Shown in pieces: positions 29,498 through 39,272 of a stretch of DNA of 64,000 nt (positions are counted from its first letter, which is position 1; each line of letters opens with the position of its first letter). Location: IMG/VR virus record IMGVR_UViG_3300037067_026753; one strand, 5' to 3'. The DNA comes from a virus. The position numbers and the translations under genes were made by a program. The notes beneath the pieces were generated by a model, which ran no database searches, had not been told where the DNA came from, and saw nothing but the letters and a program-made list of their open reading frames with translations.

Positions 29498-29800
29498 TTA
29501 TTTTCCAACTGGAGCTACAGTTTCAATTGCTTTTTGGATTTGTTCTTCTTCAGAAAGGAACATTTTTTCGAGTTCTTTCAAAAACAGATCCCAAACTTTT
29601 TCTTTCAGCTTTGGTTCTAGCTGCGCATAAGGAACTTTTTGCCTTCCCTGAGTAAATGTGCGCGACTTGATAAAATCTAAAAACTTCTGATTGATTTCTT
29701 TATAATGCTGCTTAAGCCACTGACGAGTCACTGCAGCCTCTTTTACAAACTCATCAAATAGAATATTGTCTGCAATTTGTACTATAGCTTCTTTATTCAT
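29498..29800 (-). CDS. Hypothetical protein (the table lists 29498..29866; a start at 29800 is preferred).
   Basis: An ATG at 29798..29800 is preceded by an AAGGA RBS. The longer form begins with a hydrophobic, low-complexity stretch. Confidence 0.35.
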   Translation of the reverse strand: MNKEAIVQIADNILFDEFVKEAAVTRQWLKQHYKEINQKFLDFIKSRTFTQGRQKVPYAQLEPKLKEKVWDLFLKELEKMFLSEEEQIQKAIETVAPVGK

Positions 29801-29859
29801 TTTGAATTCCTTCTGAAATATTTTTCTATAAAGCTTTAATAATAAAAACAGTAGAAAGG

Positions 29860-30525
29860 TTAACAATATTTGCTTATATTCTCAATAATTATTCTGTTTT
29901 CACATATTGCGCAAATTGCTTTTCCTTCATATTCATTCAAAATCCAACTTTTATCTTTACATATTGCGCATGTATTAATTTCAATTTCACTCTTTATAAT
30001 TTCAGGTGCAAGTTTATCTCTTATCTCAACCAGTTTATCTTTAATTTCAAATTGATTTGTTAAACTTCCCGGTATACGTGTTTTCAAATCAGCATCATCA
30101 CCACCTTCAAAATCTGCTGATTCAAGAAACCAGTTTTCTAATTTAAACTTATCTTTTATTTTTTCAGCTAATCTGTGACTATTAAATCCAATGCGAATTT
30201 CTAGCTCTATTGCATTACTATCAAGTTTATCGTTGAAATCTAAATACAATCTTACATGTCTTAAACCTTCAACAAATTGTCCTGCTTCATTTTTGAAATA
30301 TATATAACTGGAATCATCACAATCAAAAATTTCAAAAACTAGATTTTGAAAATCGATATACCAACAAGAATTTTGGTTACATCCGCTTGTCCAAAGTTTG
30401 CAAATATTGTTTCGAACACAATCTCGTCCATCTACTGGACATTGATTAGTAAACGGAAAATATTCTTCATATAACTCATTTTTTCGTCGCATAAACCCTC
30501 GTGAAATAGTGCGTCTTGCTCCCAT
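29860..30525 (-). CDS. Hypothetical Cys-containing protein (221 aa), first gene after the 340-bp regulatory region.
   Basis: A C-terminal CAICKDK...CAICENR zinc ribbon. The start codon is preceded by an RBS-containing hairpin. Confidence 0.35.
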   Translation of the reverse strand: MGARRTISRGFMRRKNELYEEYFPFTNQCPVDGRDCVRNNICKLWTSGCNQNSCWYIDFQNLVFEIFDCDDSSYIYFKNEAGQFVEGLRHVRLYLDFNDKLDSNAIELEIRIGFNSHRLAEKIKDKFKLENWFLESADFEGGDDADLKTRIPGSLTNQFEIKDKLVEIRDKLAPEIIKSEIEINTCAICKDKSWILNEYEGKAICAICENRIIIENISKYC

Positions 30526-30714
30526 TGTCCTGCTTGCAGGACAAGCCGCGCGTTAATACTCCAACCACTACAAGTTAAATATAATTCAATTCCTACCAAC
30601 AATACTACCAATGACTTTCACACCGGCACGGTGTTTTATATTTTCTCGCCATCTGTAATGTACAAACTAAATTCCAAGAGTTTTTGCTTAACTTGTTATG
30701 TTCTCAAACAACTC

Positions 30715-30732
30715 TATACGATATATCGTATA
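30715..30732. promoter_or_regulatory. Perfect 18-bp palindrome TATACGATATATCGTATA, a candidate operator within the 340-bp intergenic region.
   Basis: A perfect dyad, tatacgata|tatcgtata, read directly from the sequence. It lies between a terminator and the next leftward operon. Confidence 0.4.
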
Positions 30733-30786
30733 GGCTATAATTTTTAACATTTTTTACAAGATTAATATAAAAAATAAGATGTAAAT

Positions 30787-30820
30787 AAAAAGGGCTCTAG
30801 ACCTTTTAAGACTAGAGCCC
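30787..30820 (-). terminator. Rho-independent terminator read on the minus strand.
   Basis: The 9-bp stem GGGCTCTAG/CTAGAGCCC (30792..30800 and 30812..30820) is followed on the minus strand by T5. It lies ~45 bp downstream of the gene ending at 30866. Confidence 0.65.
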
Positions 30821-30865
30821 CTGGTGTTACTATGGTAAAAACAATCTTAATATGCTAGAGCCTAA

Positions 30866-31297
30866 CTAGAAAACCTTTAGCACATTTCCGTTCCAACTTG
30901 TCATTACCATTCCGTCAAATCGTTCGCCATTTTCAATATACTTGATTTTAAAACGACCTAAAAGCGTAAAAGATCCAAATTGGAATTCTATAAACTTTGC
31001 TTCATCGATTTTCGGGAAGTTGCTATTTTGTTCTTTAAATAAGACATTTAAATTTTCTGCTTTCAAAGCCATTATTTCTCGAGCACCTTTGGTAAGTTCT
31101 CTATATGAAACTGGCTTTGCACATGAACAATCGGATGGCATTGCTGGTGCAGGTACACCAATATTTGGGGCACTTGTAACTTCAGGTTTTGATTCACATG
31201 GCTCGTCTTGTCCAGAATCTATAACCATTGTTTTTGACTCATCACTTACAACATACTCACCAATTGCAGCATAAATTGTTTTTGCTATGTCTCTCAT
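30866..31297 (-). CDS. Hypothetical protein (143 aa).
   Basis: ORF followed by a strong terminator. Confidence 0.35.
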   Translation of the reverse strand: MRDIAKTIYAAIGEYVVSDESKTMVIDSGQDEPCESKPEVTSAPNIGVPAPAMPSDCSCAKPVSYRELTKGAREIMALKAENLNVLFKEQNSNFPKIDEAKFIEFQFGSFTLLGRFKIKYIENGERFDGMVMTSWNGNVLKVF

Positions 31298-31653
31298 ATT
31301 TTAAGTTTTTCCCAAGCATCTTTAAGTGTTTTAATAATGTTGTCAGCATCATCATTTTTTCCTATTGTCCCAGAAAATTCTACCATAAAACCGCCTCCAG
31401 GCATTTTTACTAGAGTGCCATGCGTATCTGGTCCAACACTAAAAAACCTTTTGTACTTTGCTTCTTTTAAGATTTCGTCAACAATTTTACTGTGTTTTGG
31501 CTTTTTTAATTCTGCAAAAATATTTGAACTTAATTCTCTTACTTGTGAAATAAGTGATTCTAGATCACCATGGTCTTTTTCTCTTGTGAGTACTTTGATG
31601 AGTTGAGAAAAAAGATCAACAAGATTTTCTTTGTTAAATGCTTCTTTTTTCAT
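31294..31653 (-). CDS. Hypothetical protein (119 aa).
   Basis: ORF only. Confidence 0.35.
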   Translation of the reverse strand: MKKEAFNKENLVDLFSQLIKVLTREKDHGDLESLISQVRELSSNIFAELKKPKHSKIVDEILKEAKYKRFFSVGPDTHGTLVKMPGGGFMVEFSGTIGKNDDADNIIKTLKDAWEKLKI

Positions 31654-31865
31654 ACTAAAGCCAATATTTTATTTGTAGGTTTAAATTTTTTGCGATTTAA
31701 GAATTTTGGTAATTCTTCTTTATTAATTTCAGATATTTTAGTAAATCTTGCTTTGTTGTTTTCTAGTACGAAGGATAAAATTTTACAACTTGGTCTCCCG
31801 TTCATCTCGATTTTCAAAAACTCATTATCATTTGACCAGACACGATCTTGAGTTTTCATATTCAT
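31650..31865 (-). CDS. Small protein, tandem paralog.
   Basis: Shares the pattern W..D.E.LKIE..G....F with the next 71-aa ORF. Confidence 0.3.
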   Translation of the reverse strand: MNMKTQDRVWSNDNEFLKIEMNGRPSCKILSFVLENNKARFTKISEINKEELPKFLNRKKFKPTNKILALV

Positions 31866-32077
31866 ACTTCCTTTAATGTAATAAATTTTCTTGAAATCTC
31901 CAATTTCATATCATTAATTAATCTCTCAATTTTAGAACTCTTAGGATCAATAACTATATTTATGAATTTAAGAGTTTCGCCGTCTTTTTTGAATATTAAT
32001 GCTTGAAAATTTTCACCCATTTTTTCAATTTTCAAGATATATTCTTCATCTTCCCAGATCTGATTATTATCAAGCAT
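31862..32077 (-). CDS. Small protein, tandem paralog.
   Basis: See 31650..31865. Confidence 0.3.
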   Translation of the reverse strand: MLDNNQIWEDEEYILKIEKMGENFQALIFKKDGETLKFINIVIDPKSSKIERLINDMKLEISRKFITLKEV

Positions 32078-32080
32078 TAT

Positions 32081-32671
32081 TCACTCTTGGAGTACTTTAA
32101 CATGTTTCAAATCTTGTTTTTGCCCGAACATCCCTCTTAAAAAACTCCCAAAGCCTTCTTCAGTTTTTTTGAGTGTTATTCGTGTTGCATCGGCTTCTTG
32201 TAATTCAACGTTCTCATTAAAATTTTTTCCTACAAAACGTAAAGCGTCTTGATAAGGAATTCTAATATCAATAGAATCTTGTATTTGATAAGTAGAATCT
32301 TCTGTGAACATTTCAACTTGTTTGACATTATTCACTACAACTTTTACGTCAATTGAATCTGTATCTGCATAAACAGTAAGCATTAGAATACAACTTACAG
32401 CTTGTGCCCCTGCTGTTCCAAGCTTTACAAGGCCACCGAGCAGTTGTGGTGCCGAAACACCACTTACGAAAGCTGTTCTAAAGTTTGTTGCACCTGAAAT
32501 AAAAAACCCAATTACCCCAAAAACGCCTGCAAGTAACATACCACATAAAAAATAAACATCAGGTGTCTCTTTTGCTTTCAACATGTTAGCTAGTTCTGTC
32601 AAAGACAAGACTATTCCCCCAGCAAAAGCACAACTTACAAGTTGGATCTTTATTTTTTTAAGTTCTAACAT
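32081..32671 (-). CDS. Membrane protein with about three N-terminal transmembrane helices and a soluble C-terminal domain.
   Basis: Hydrophobic segments CAFAGGIVLSL, FLCGMLLAGVFGVIGFFI and AQAVSCILMLTV. Confidence 0.4.
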   Translation of the reverse strand: MLELKKIKIQLVSCAFAGGIVLSLTELANMLKAKETPDVYFLCGMLLAGVFGVIGFFISGATNFRTAFVSGVSAPQLLGGLVKLGTAGAQAVSCILMLTVYADTDSIDVKVVVNNVKQVEMFTEDSTYQIQDSIDIRIPYQDALRFVGKNFNENVELQEADATRITLKKTEEGFGSFLRGMFGQKQDLKHVKVLQE

Positions 32672-32897
32672 AACAAAATGTTTTTAAACTACGTATTGCA
32701 TTTGCATATTTGAGTGCAGGAATTGCACTCTCAACAGACTCATTGAAATAACTATCTTTTAAATTTTCTCTATTTTGTGGATCTTCAAAGGAAAAAATAC
32801 ACTTAGAACTCTCTCTTTCAGTTTTAGTAATTTTACAGCCCATACACTGTAAAAACGACGCAAAATACAAATCACTTGTTTTTATCACGTTGCCCAT
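32658..32897 (-). CDS. Small hypothetical protein.
   Basis: A 79-aa ORF at the divergent promoter. Confidence 0.3.
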   Translation of the reverse strand: MGNVIKTSDLYFASFLQCMGCKITKTERESSKCIFSFEDPQNRENLKDSYFNESVESAIPALKYANAIRSLKTFCYVRT

Positions 32898-33054
32898 ATT
32901 AGCTCCTTAAATCTTTTTACATCATTTTCAAAATCAAAGTTGTCTGCATCTAAGACATAAACTTGCAGTGAATAAAAACTATAGAAAACCATTTTTCTCT
33001 TGTTTTTATACGGTCAAACTTACTAGATTTCATCGACTAAAATTAGGAGTAAAA
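32898..33054. promoter_or_regulatory. Divergent intergenic region between the leftward operon (32897 and below) and the rightward collagen/RCC1/GT block (33055 onward). It should contain promoters for both.
   Basis: Gene orientation switches here. The region is AT-rich and the GGAG RBS of the plus-strand gene lies at 33044..33047. Confidence 0.4.
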
Positions 33055-35313
33055 ATGGCTTATAAAGAACGAGCTTTAACTTCTGAATTAAAAAGTGATG
33101 TAAGTAGTTTAGCAAGTTACTTATTGAGTTCTGCCGATACCGTAAGAGTTACTTCAAATTTAACTGTTACAGAGAACTTAATAATACCTGCATCCTGTTC
33201 TTTTATGTTTTTTAATGGTGCAAAACTTGTACATAGTTCTTACACAATTACTTTTACCGGGTCCATTATAGGAGATCCAACATGGAAGATATTTGACGGT
33301 ACTGGTACTGTCACCTTCAATGTTGGCTCTGTCCCTCATGTAAGACCGGAATGGTGGGGCGTAACACAAGGTGTTGATTGTACTGCGTCTGTTCAAAAAG
33401 CAATAGATTCTGTTTCAAGTGGTGGTATTGTTCTTTTATCAGCTGCTAGTTATGTAATTAATGGCCCTCTGACAAATAATACAGGTGCAATAATTCTAAA
33501 TTATAGTTCAGTAAATCTTTTCAATCTTTTACCTGCAAGTTCATTTAGTAGAGAAATGCAATTTGGCGGCTCTTTTGTAGCGGGTACAGGTTCGTTCATA
33601 GAAAGTGCCTCTATTCCTCGATTATCAAATTTTACTTCTAATGGAGTACTTAAAACAACTGGCGCAAATGGAACTTTAACGGTAGATACAGTTGGAGTTT
33701 TTGGACCTACTGGCATTCAAGGTGAAACAGGAATTCAGGGCATCCAGGGTGAAACAGGATTACCAGGCCTTGGTGGCACAGGTTTACAAGGTCCTCAAGG
33801 TGATACTGGAATTCAAGGAATACAGGGAGCCACAGGAATAGGAGCCGAAATATCTGGTCATAGTAGTTTAACTGATATGCCTGATTTAACAGGTGTTGTA
33901 GCTGATCATGATACAAGACTTGTAACAAAAGTTCAAGACATAACTCCCACAGTGCCTGCACCTTTTGCAGGTATGCTATGGTATGACACTTTAGCAACAG
34001 GAAGTGAACAAGGTTATACTGGGCCACAAGGTCTTACTGGAATTCAAGGTATCCAAGGTGAAACAGGGTTGCCAGGTATTGGTGGTACAGGTTTACAAGG
34101 TCCTCAAGGTGATACAGGTATTCAAGGCTTGCAAGGTGAAACTGGGCCTGCCGGTTTAGGAACAACAGGTATTCAAGGTGAAACTGGGCCTGCTGGTTTA
34201 GGAACAACGGGGATCCAAGGTGAAACTGGGCCTGCTGGTTTAGGAACAACGGGGATCCAAGGTGAAACTGGGCCTGCTGGTTTAGGAACAACAGGGATTC
34301 AAGGTGAAACTGGATTACAAGGAAGCACGGGATTACAAGGTTTAGGTGAGACTGGATTACAAGGCATTCAAGGAAACACAGGAATACAAGGAAATACAGG
34401 TGCACAAGGTTTAGGTGAGACTGGGTTACAAGGTGTTCAAGGAAATACCGGCATTCAAGGAAACACAGGAATACAAGGAAACACAGGTTCACAAGGTTTG
34501 GGTGAAACAGGATTACAAGGCATTCAAGGTGAAACTGGAATACAAGGAAATACAGGTGCACAAGGTTTGGGTGAGACTGGATTACAAGGTGTTCAAGGAA
34601 ATACCGGGATACAAGGTGAAACTGGAATACAAGGAGACACAGGTTCACAAGGTCTAGGTGAGACTGGACTACAAGGTGTTCAAGGTGAGACTGGATTACA
34701 AGGAAATCAGGGCGAAACTGGAATTCAAGGCAATACTGGATTGCAGGGCGCGACTGGACTCCAGGGATTAATTGGAATTCAAGGTGATACAGGTCTTGGA
34801 ATACAAGGTGAGACTGGTGCAGGAATTCAGGGTGAGACTGGCCTTCAAGGAATTCAAGGCGATACAGGCCTTGGAATTCAAGGTGATACTGGTGCAGGAA
34901 TACAAGGTGAGACTGGGCTTCAAGGAATTCAAGGTGATACAGGTCTTGGAATACAAGGCACAACTGGTGCAGGGATTCAAGGTGAGACTGGGCTTCAAGG
35001 AATTCAAGGTGATACAGGCCTTGGAATTCAAGGTGATACTGGCGCAGGGATTCAAGGTGAAACTGGCCTTCAAGGAGCTCAAGGCGAGACTGGAATTCAA
35101 GGTGAAACAGGCTTAGGTCTTCAGGGTGAAACTGGCCTTCAAGGTTCTCAAGGTCAAACTGGGCCAGAAGGTGGACCTCAGGGAACTACAGGTCTACAGG
35201 GACCACAAGGATTAACAGGTATACAGGGTGCTGCTAACATTTTGTCTGGTACTGATGATCCACCTGATCCATCAGGATATCCTGATGATACTTTATATTT
35301 TCAATATGTTTAA
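33055..35313 (+). CDS. Collagen-like fiber protein with an N-terminal pectate-lyase/beta-helix-like segment (cassette 2a).
   Basis: The start ATG at 33055 has a GGAG RBS. The N-terminal ..VRPEWWGVTQGVDCTASVQKAIDSVSSGGIVLLSAASYVINGPL resembles the Pectate_lyase_3 N-terminus. About 500 aa of Gly-X-Y triplets ([13 protein letters not shown]...) follow, with a C-terminal ..PSGYPDDTLYFQYV. Confidence 0.7.
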   Translation: MAYKERALTSELKSDVSSLASYLLSSADTVRVTSNLTVTENLIIPASCSFMFFNGAKLVHSSYTITFTGSIIGDPTWKIFDGTGTVTFNVGSVPHVRPEWWGVTQGVDCTASVQKAIDSVSSGGIVLLSAASYVINGPLTNNTGAIILNYSSVNLFNLLPASSFSREMQFGGSFVAGTGSFIESASIPRLSNFTSNGVLKTTGANGTLTVDTVGVFGPTGIQGETGIQGIQGETGLPGLGGTGLQGPQGDTGIQGIQGATGIGAEISGHSSLTDMPDLTGVVADHDTRLVTKVQDITPTVPAPFAGMLWYDTLATGSEQGYTGPQGLTGIQGIQGETGLPGIGGTGLQGPQGDTGIQGLQGETGPAGLGTTGIQGETGPAGLGTTGIQGETGPAGLGTTGIQGETGPAGLGTTGIQGETGLQGSTGLQGLGETGLQGIQGNTGIQGNTGAQGLGETGLQGVQGNTGIQGNTGIQGNTGSQGLGETGLQGIQGETGIQGNTGAQGLGETGLQGVQGNTGIQGETGIQGDTGSQGLGETGLQGVQGETGLQGNQGETGIQGNTGLQGATGLQGLIGIQGDTGLGIQGETGAGIQGETGLQGIQGDTGLGIQGDTGAGIQGETGLQGIQGDTGLGIQGTTGAGIQGETGLQGIQGDTGLGIQGDTGAGIQGETGLQGAQGETGIQGETGLGLQGETGLQGSQGQTGPEGGPQGTTGLQGPQGLTGIQGAANILSGTDDPPDPSGYPDDTLYFQYV
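33700..35200. repeat. Degenerate 9/18-bp tandem repeats encoding the Gly-X-Y collagen-like region of 33055..35313.
   Basis: Repeating ggtgaaactggattacaa-type units. They create long spurious antisense ORFs, for example 34034..34963 and 34768..35100. Confidence 0.7.
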
Positions 35314-35321
35314 GGACTATT

Positions 35322-36533
35322 ATGATAGCTTTTAAAAAAAATGGAGAAGCATGGTCTTGGGGGTACAATGGTTATGGTGGGCTTGGTGTAAATGATACAC
35401 AAAACAAAAGTTCACCCGTACAAATAGTAGGCAATCATAGCTTTATTTTTGTAATGTCTGGATTTGCTCAATCATACTTTATTAAATCTGATAATAATGT
35501 ATGGTGTTGTGGAAATGGTCAATATATGGGAGCAGGTAATACGTCTGATTATTCGTCACCTGTTGTACTAATTGGTAACCATCAATTCATTAAAATATCA
35601 ACATCTTATAGCTATAGTGCAGGTACAATAACAACTGTAGGTCTTAAGTCAAATGGAGAAGCGTGGTCTTGGGGATATAATGGTATCGGACAACTTGGCA
35701 CGGGAAATACTACTAGTACATCTTCACCAGTAAAAGTTATTGGTAACCACAGTTTTATTTATGTACATTCAGGTCATCAATATTTGGGTCTAAGTTCAAC
35801 ATTTGGCATTAAGTCAAATGGAGAAGCATGGTGTTGGGGATGCAATAGTTATGGTGCACTTGGTGTAAATGATACACAAAACAGAAGTTCGCCCATACAA
35901 ATAGCAGGCAATCATAGCTTTATTTTAATTAAATCTGGTTTTTATTTTGCAATGGGTCTTAAATCAAATGGAGAAGCATGGTCTTGGGGATTTAACGGTA
36001 CTGGACAACTTGGTACAGGAGATACTACTAGAACATCTTCACCAGTAAAAGTTATTGGCGATCACAGTTTCATTTTTATAGATGTATCTCAAAGTTCGTC
36101 TTTGGGTCTTAAATCAAATGGAGAAGTATGGTCTTGGGGACAGAATGCCTATGGACAACTTGGCACGGGAAATACTGCTAGTACATCTTCACCAGTAAAA
36201 GTTATTGGTAACCACAGTTTTATTTCAATTAAGGCATTTGAAACTTCATCTTTGGGTCTTAAGTCAAATGGAGAAATATGGTCTTGGGGATATAACTACT
36301 ATGGACAACTTGGCATAGGAAATACTTCTAATGCATCTTCACCAGTAAAAGTTATTGGTAATCACAGTTTTATTTCGATTAATACTGGAATGAATATCAG
36401 AATTTTAGATAATTCTTCTTGGCATCAAAGACCTATAGGTTTTATTCGTAAATCAGGAGCTTGGAGAAGGTTAATTGACATATACATTAAAAAAGATAGT
36501 GTCTGGAAAACAACTGATAGACTGCATAAATAA
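35322..36533 (+). CDS. RCC1-like seven-bladed beta-propeller protein (cassette 2a partner).
   Basis: Seven ~51-aa repeats of the form NGEAWSWGYNGYGQLGTGNT..TSSPVKVIGNHSFI. The basic C-terminal tail is WHQRPIGFIRKSGAWRRLIDIYIKK. Confidence 0.7.
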   Translation: MIAFKKNGEAWSWGYNGYGGLGVNDTQNKSSPVQIVGNHSFIFVMSGFAQSYFIKSDNNVWCCGNGQYMGAGNTSDYSSPVVLIGNHQFIKISTSYSYSAGTITTVGLKSNGEAWSWGYNGIGQLGTGNTTSTSSPVKVIGNHSFIYVHSGHQYLGLSSTFGIKSNGEAWCWGCNSYGALGVNDTQNRSSPIQIAGNHSFILIKSGFYFAMGLKSNGEAWSWGFNGTGQLGTGDTTRTSSPVKVIGDHSFIFIDVSQSSSLGLKSNGEVWSWGQNAYGQLGTGNTASTSSPVKVIGNHSFISIKAFETSSLGLKSNGEIWSWGYNYYGQLGIGNTSNASSPVKVIGNHSFISINTGMNIRILDNSSWHQRPIGFIRKSGAWRRLIDIYIKKDSVWKTTDRLHK

Positions 36534-36600
36534 AAAAGATAGCATCTGGACATGCAACTCTATAATGTTTTGATGATCAGTGTCTAAATTTGGAGGATAA

Positions 36601-39252
36601 ATGCCACTTTTAAAAATTTTTGATGGTGCAGACTGGCAAATTGTTGGACGAGGCGTCCAAGGTGATACAGGTGCTCAAGGTTTGCAAGGTGCTACAGGTC
36701 TTCAAGGAATTCAAGGGCAAACTGGTGTAAGAGGAGAAACTGGAGCACAAGGTAACACTGGCGTTACAGGAAGAACTGGACTTCGAGGCGCTACAGGCCC
36801 ACAAGGTCAAGGTAATACAGGACTTCAAGGACAAACAGGAGTAAAAGGACAAACAGGAATACAGGGTCCAACAGGCCTTAAAGGTGCTACAGGCTCTCAA
36901 GGCGATACTGGCTATCAAGGCATACAGGGTGATACAGGAGTTGCTGGACCTCAAGGTGATACAGGAGTCCAAGGTGCAACTGGACCTTTAGGAGGGCCCC
37001 AGGGAGCTACTGGCTTACAAGGCACTCAAGGTGATACTGGTTTAGAAGGAACTACTGGATTACAAGGTTTGCAAGGTGAAACTGGTTTTCAAGGCCAAAC
37101 CGGTGCCCAAGGATTACAGGGAGAAACAGGATTACAGGGAGAAACTGGGTTACAGGGTACACAGGGATCAACTGGTTTCCAAGGCCAGACTGGTATAACA
37201 GGTGATCAGGGTCAAACTGGCGATCAAGGTGCTACTGGCCTTCAAGGCTCAACAGGTTTTCAAGGACTGACAGGCTCGCAAGGCAACACAGGAGCTCAAG
37301 GCTTTACGGGTTTGGGAGCACAAGGAGATACTGGATTACAAGGTCTTCAAGGCGAAACAGGAACTCAAGGCATTCAAGGCGACACTGGATTAAGTTTGCA
37401 AGGCGAAACGGGTCTTCAAGGTATTCAAGGCGAGACTGGCCTGGAAGGTTCTCAAGGACAGACAGGTTTACAAGGACTTGGCGAAACAGGACTTCAAGGC
37501 GAAACAGGTTTAGAAGGTACTCAAGGTGTTACTGGATTACAAGGTATCCAAGGAAATACTGGATTACAAGGTATCCAAGGAAATACTGGATTACAAGGCG
37601 AAACTGGATTAGGACTTCAAGGAGAGACAGGTTTACAGGGTGTTCAAGGTAACACTGGATCACAAGGTACTCAGGGTAATACTGGAGTTCAAGGTCTTGG
37701 TGAAACAGGTTTACAAGGTGAAACAGGAATACAAGGTAACCAGGGTAACACAGGAGCTCAAGGCCTTCAGGGAAACACTGGATTAAGTTTGCAAGGTGAA
37801 ACAGGTCTTCAAGGTATCCAAGGCGAAACAGGCTCTCAAGGTATTCAAGGACAGACAGGTGTTCAAGGTGAAACTGGCTTACAAGGTACTCAAGGAAACA
37901 CAGGCATACAAGGAAGCCAGGGCGATACCGGTGTTCAAGGAACGCAAGGAAATACTGGATTGAATGGTGAAACAGGCCTTCCGGGTTCACAAGGTGAGAC
38001 AGGATTAGAAGGCGTACAAGGTAATACAGGACCTCAGGGACTTGGCGAAACAGGTCTTCAAGGTATAACAGGCTTGCAGGGCTCTCAGGGCGATACAGGG
38101 TTGCAGGGCTCTCAGGGCGATACAGGGTTGCAGGGTCAAACTGGATCTCAAGGAATTCAGGGCAATACAGGATTACAGGGTGAGACAGGGTTACAAGGAT
38201 CGCAGGGTGATACAGGAGCCCAAGGTTTGGGTGAAACAGGTCTTCAGGGTTTCCAAGGACAAACAGGTATCCAAGGCGATACAGGAGCTCAAGGTTTACA
38301 AGGAGATACTGGTCTACAAGGAAGTCAAGGCAATACTGGTATCCAAGGGTTACAAGGAAATACTGGTTTAAGTGGTGAAACAGGTCTTCAAGGTGCTCAA
38401 GGTGATACAGGAGCACAAGGAATTCAAGGTGATACAGGAGCACAAGGAATTCAAGGTCAAACAGGAGCACAAGGAATTCAAGGTCAAACAGGAGCACAAG
38501 GAATTCAAGGCAATACAGGATTGCAAGGGCAAACAGGTATTGATGGTATTCAAGGACAAACAGGACTTCAAGGTCTTGGCGAAACAGGTCTTCAGGGTCT
38601 ACAGGGTATCCAAGGCGATACAGGAGCTCAAGGATTACAAGGAATAACGGGCCTTCAAGGTCAGACTGGTTTGCAAAGTCCACAAGGTGATACAGGGTTA
38701 CAAGGTCATACTGGTACTCAGGGGGTTCAAGGAAGTACAGGTCTTCAAGGTGCTCAAGGTGATACTGGCACACAAGGGATACAAGGTCAAACTGGGCCTC
38801 AAGGTTTAGGTGAAACAGGCCTACAAGGAATGACGGGTTTGCAGGGCTCTCAGGGCAACACTGGAGCACAAGGCATTCAAGGAAATACTGGATTACAGGG
38901 TACTACTGGTTTACAAGGTTCTCAAGGCGATACTGGTATTCAAGGAAATACAGGTGCTCAAGGGCTTGGTGAAACAGGATTACAAGGCGAAACCGGTTTG
39001 CAAGGTGAAACAGGTCCTTCAGGTGGTCCTCAGGGAGCCACAGGTTTGCAAGGTGAAACTGGTGTTCAAGGTATTCAGGGAGTAACTGGCGTAGGTACTG
39101 GAGGTTCAGATCCAACATTCAATTCTGTAACTATAACAGGTAATCTAAATGGTACTACAGGCATGGCTGCTCCAGTTTTATATGGTACTGGAAATCCACC
39201 ATCTACTGCAGGTATCCCTTATGGAGCTATTTATTATCAATATGTGAACTAA
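36601..39252 (+). CDS. Collagen-like fiber protein (cassette 2b), almost entirely Gly-X-Y.
   Basis: GGAGG RBS. About 800 aa of G-x-(T/Q) triplets. The C-terminus is ..[13 protein letters not shown]. Confidence 0.7.
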   Translation: MPLLKIFDGADWQIVGRGVQGDTGAQGLQGATGLQGIQGQTGVRGETGAQGNTGVTGRTGLRGATGPQGQGNTGLQGQTGVKGQTGIQGPTGLKGATGSQGDTGYQGIQGDTGVAGPQGDTGVQGATGPLGGPQGATGLQGTQGDTGLEGTTGLQGLQGETGFQGQTGAQGLQGETGLQGETGLQGTQGSTGFQGQTGITGDQGQTGDQGATGLQGSTGFQGLTGSQGNTGAQGFTGLGAQGDTGLQGLQGETGTQGIQGDTGLSLQGETGLQGIQGETGLEGSQGQTGLQGLGETGLQGETGLEGTQGVTGLQGIQGNTGLQGIQGNTGLQGETGLGLQGETGLQGVQGNTGSQGTQGNTGVQGLGETGLQGETGIQGNQGNTGAQGLQGNTGLSLQGETGLQGIQGETGSQGIQGQTGVQGETGLQGTQGNTGIQGSQGDTGVQGTQGNTGLNGETGLPGSQGETGLEGVQGNTGPQGLGETGLQGITGLQGSQGDTGLQGSQGDTGLQGQTGSQGIQGNTGLQGETGLQGSQGDTGAQGLGETGLQGFQGQTGIQGDTGAQGLQGDTGLQGSQGNTGIQGLQGNTGLSGETGLQGAQGDTGAQGIQGDTGAQGIQGQTGAQGIQGQTGAQGIQGNTGLQGQTGIDGIQGQTGLQGLGETGLQGLQGIQGDTGAQGLQGITGLQGQTGLQSPQGDTGLQGHTGTQGVQGSTGLQGAQGDTGTQGIQGQTGPQGLGETGLQGMTGLQGSQGNTGAQGIQGNTGLQGTTGLQGSQGDTGIQGNTGAQGLGETGLQGETGLQGETGPSGGPQGATGLQGETGVQGIQGVTGVGTGGSDPTFNSVTITGNLNGTTGMAAPVLYGTGNPPSTAGIPYGAIYYQYVN
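36650..39060. repeat. Collagen-like tandem-repeat DNA within 36601..39252.
   Basis: The same 9/18-bp periodicity. There are exact local duplications, for example ggctctcagggcgatacagggttgcagg twice at ~38070..38130. Confidence 0.7.
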
Positions 39253-39272
39253 GAAATACGAGGCAAGAGTAA

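Noticed and set aside
34034-34963. Long antisense ORFs inside the collagen-like genes (for example 34034..34963, 33707..34027, 34768..35100 and 37529..38869, and the 52226..54463 plus/minus small ORFs).
   Set aside because: They are artefacts of the 9/18-bp GGT/CAA-rich repeat periodicity. Their translations are low-complexity Leu/Phe/His/Gln strings and they lie fully within well-supported sense genes.
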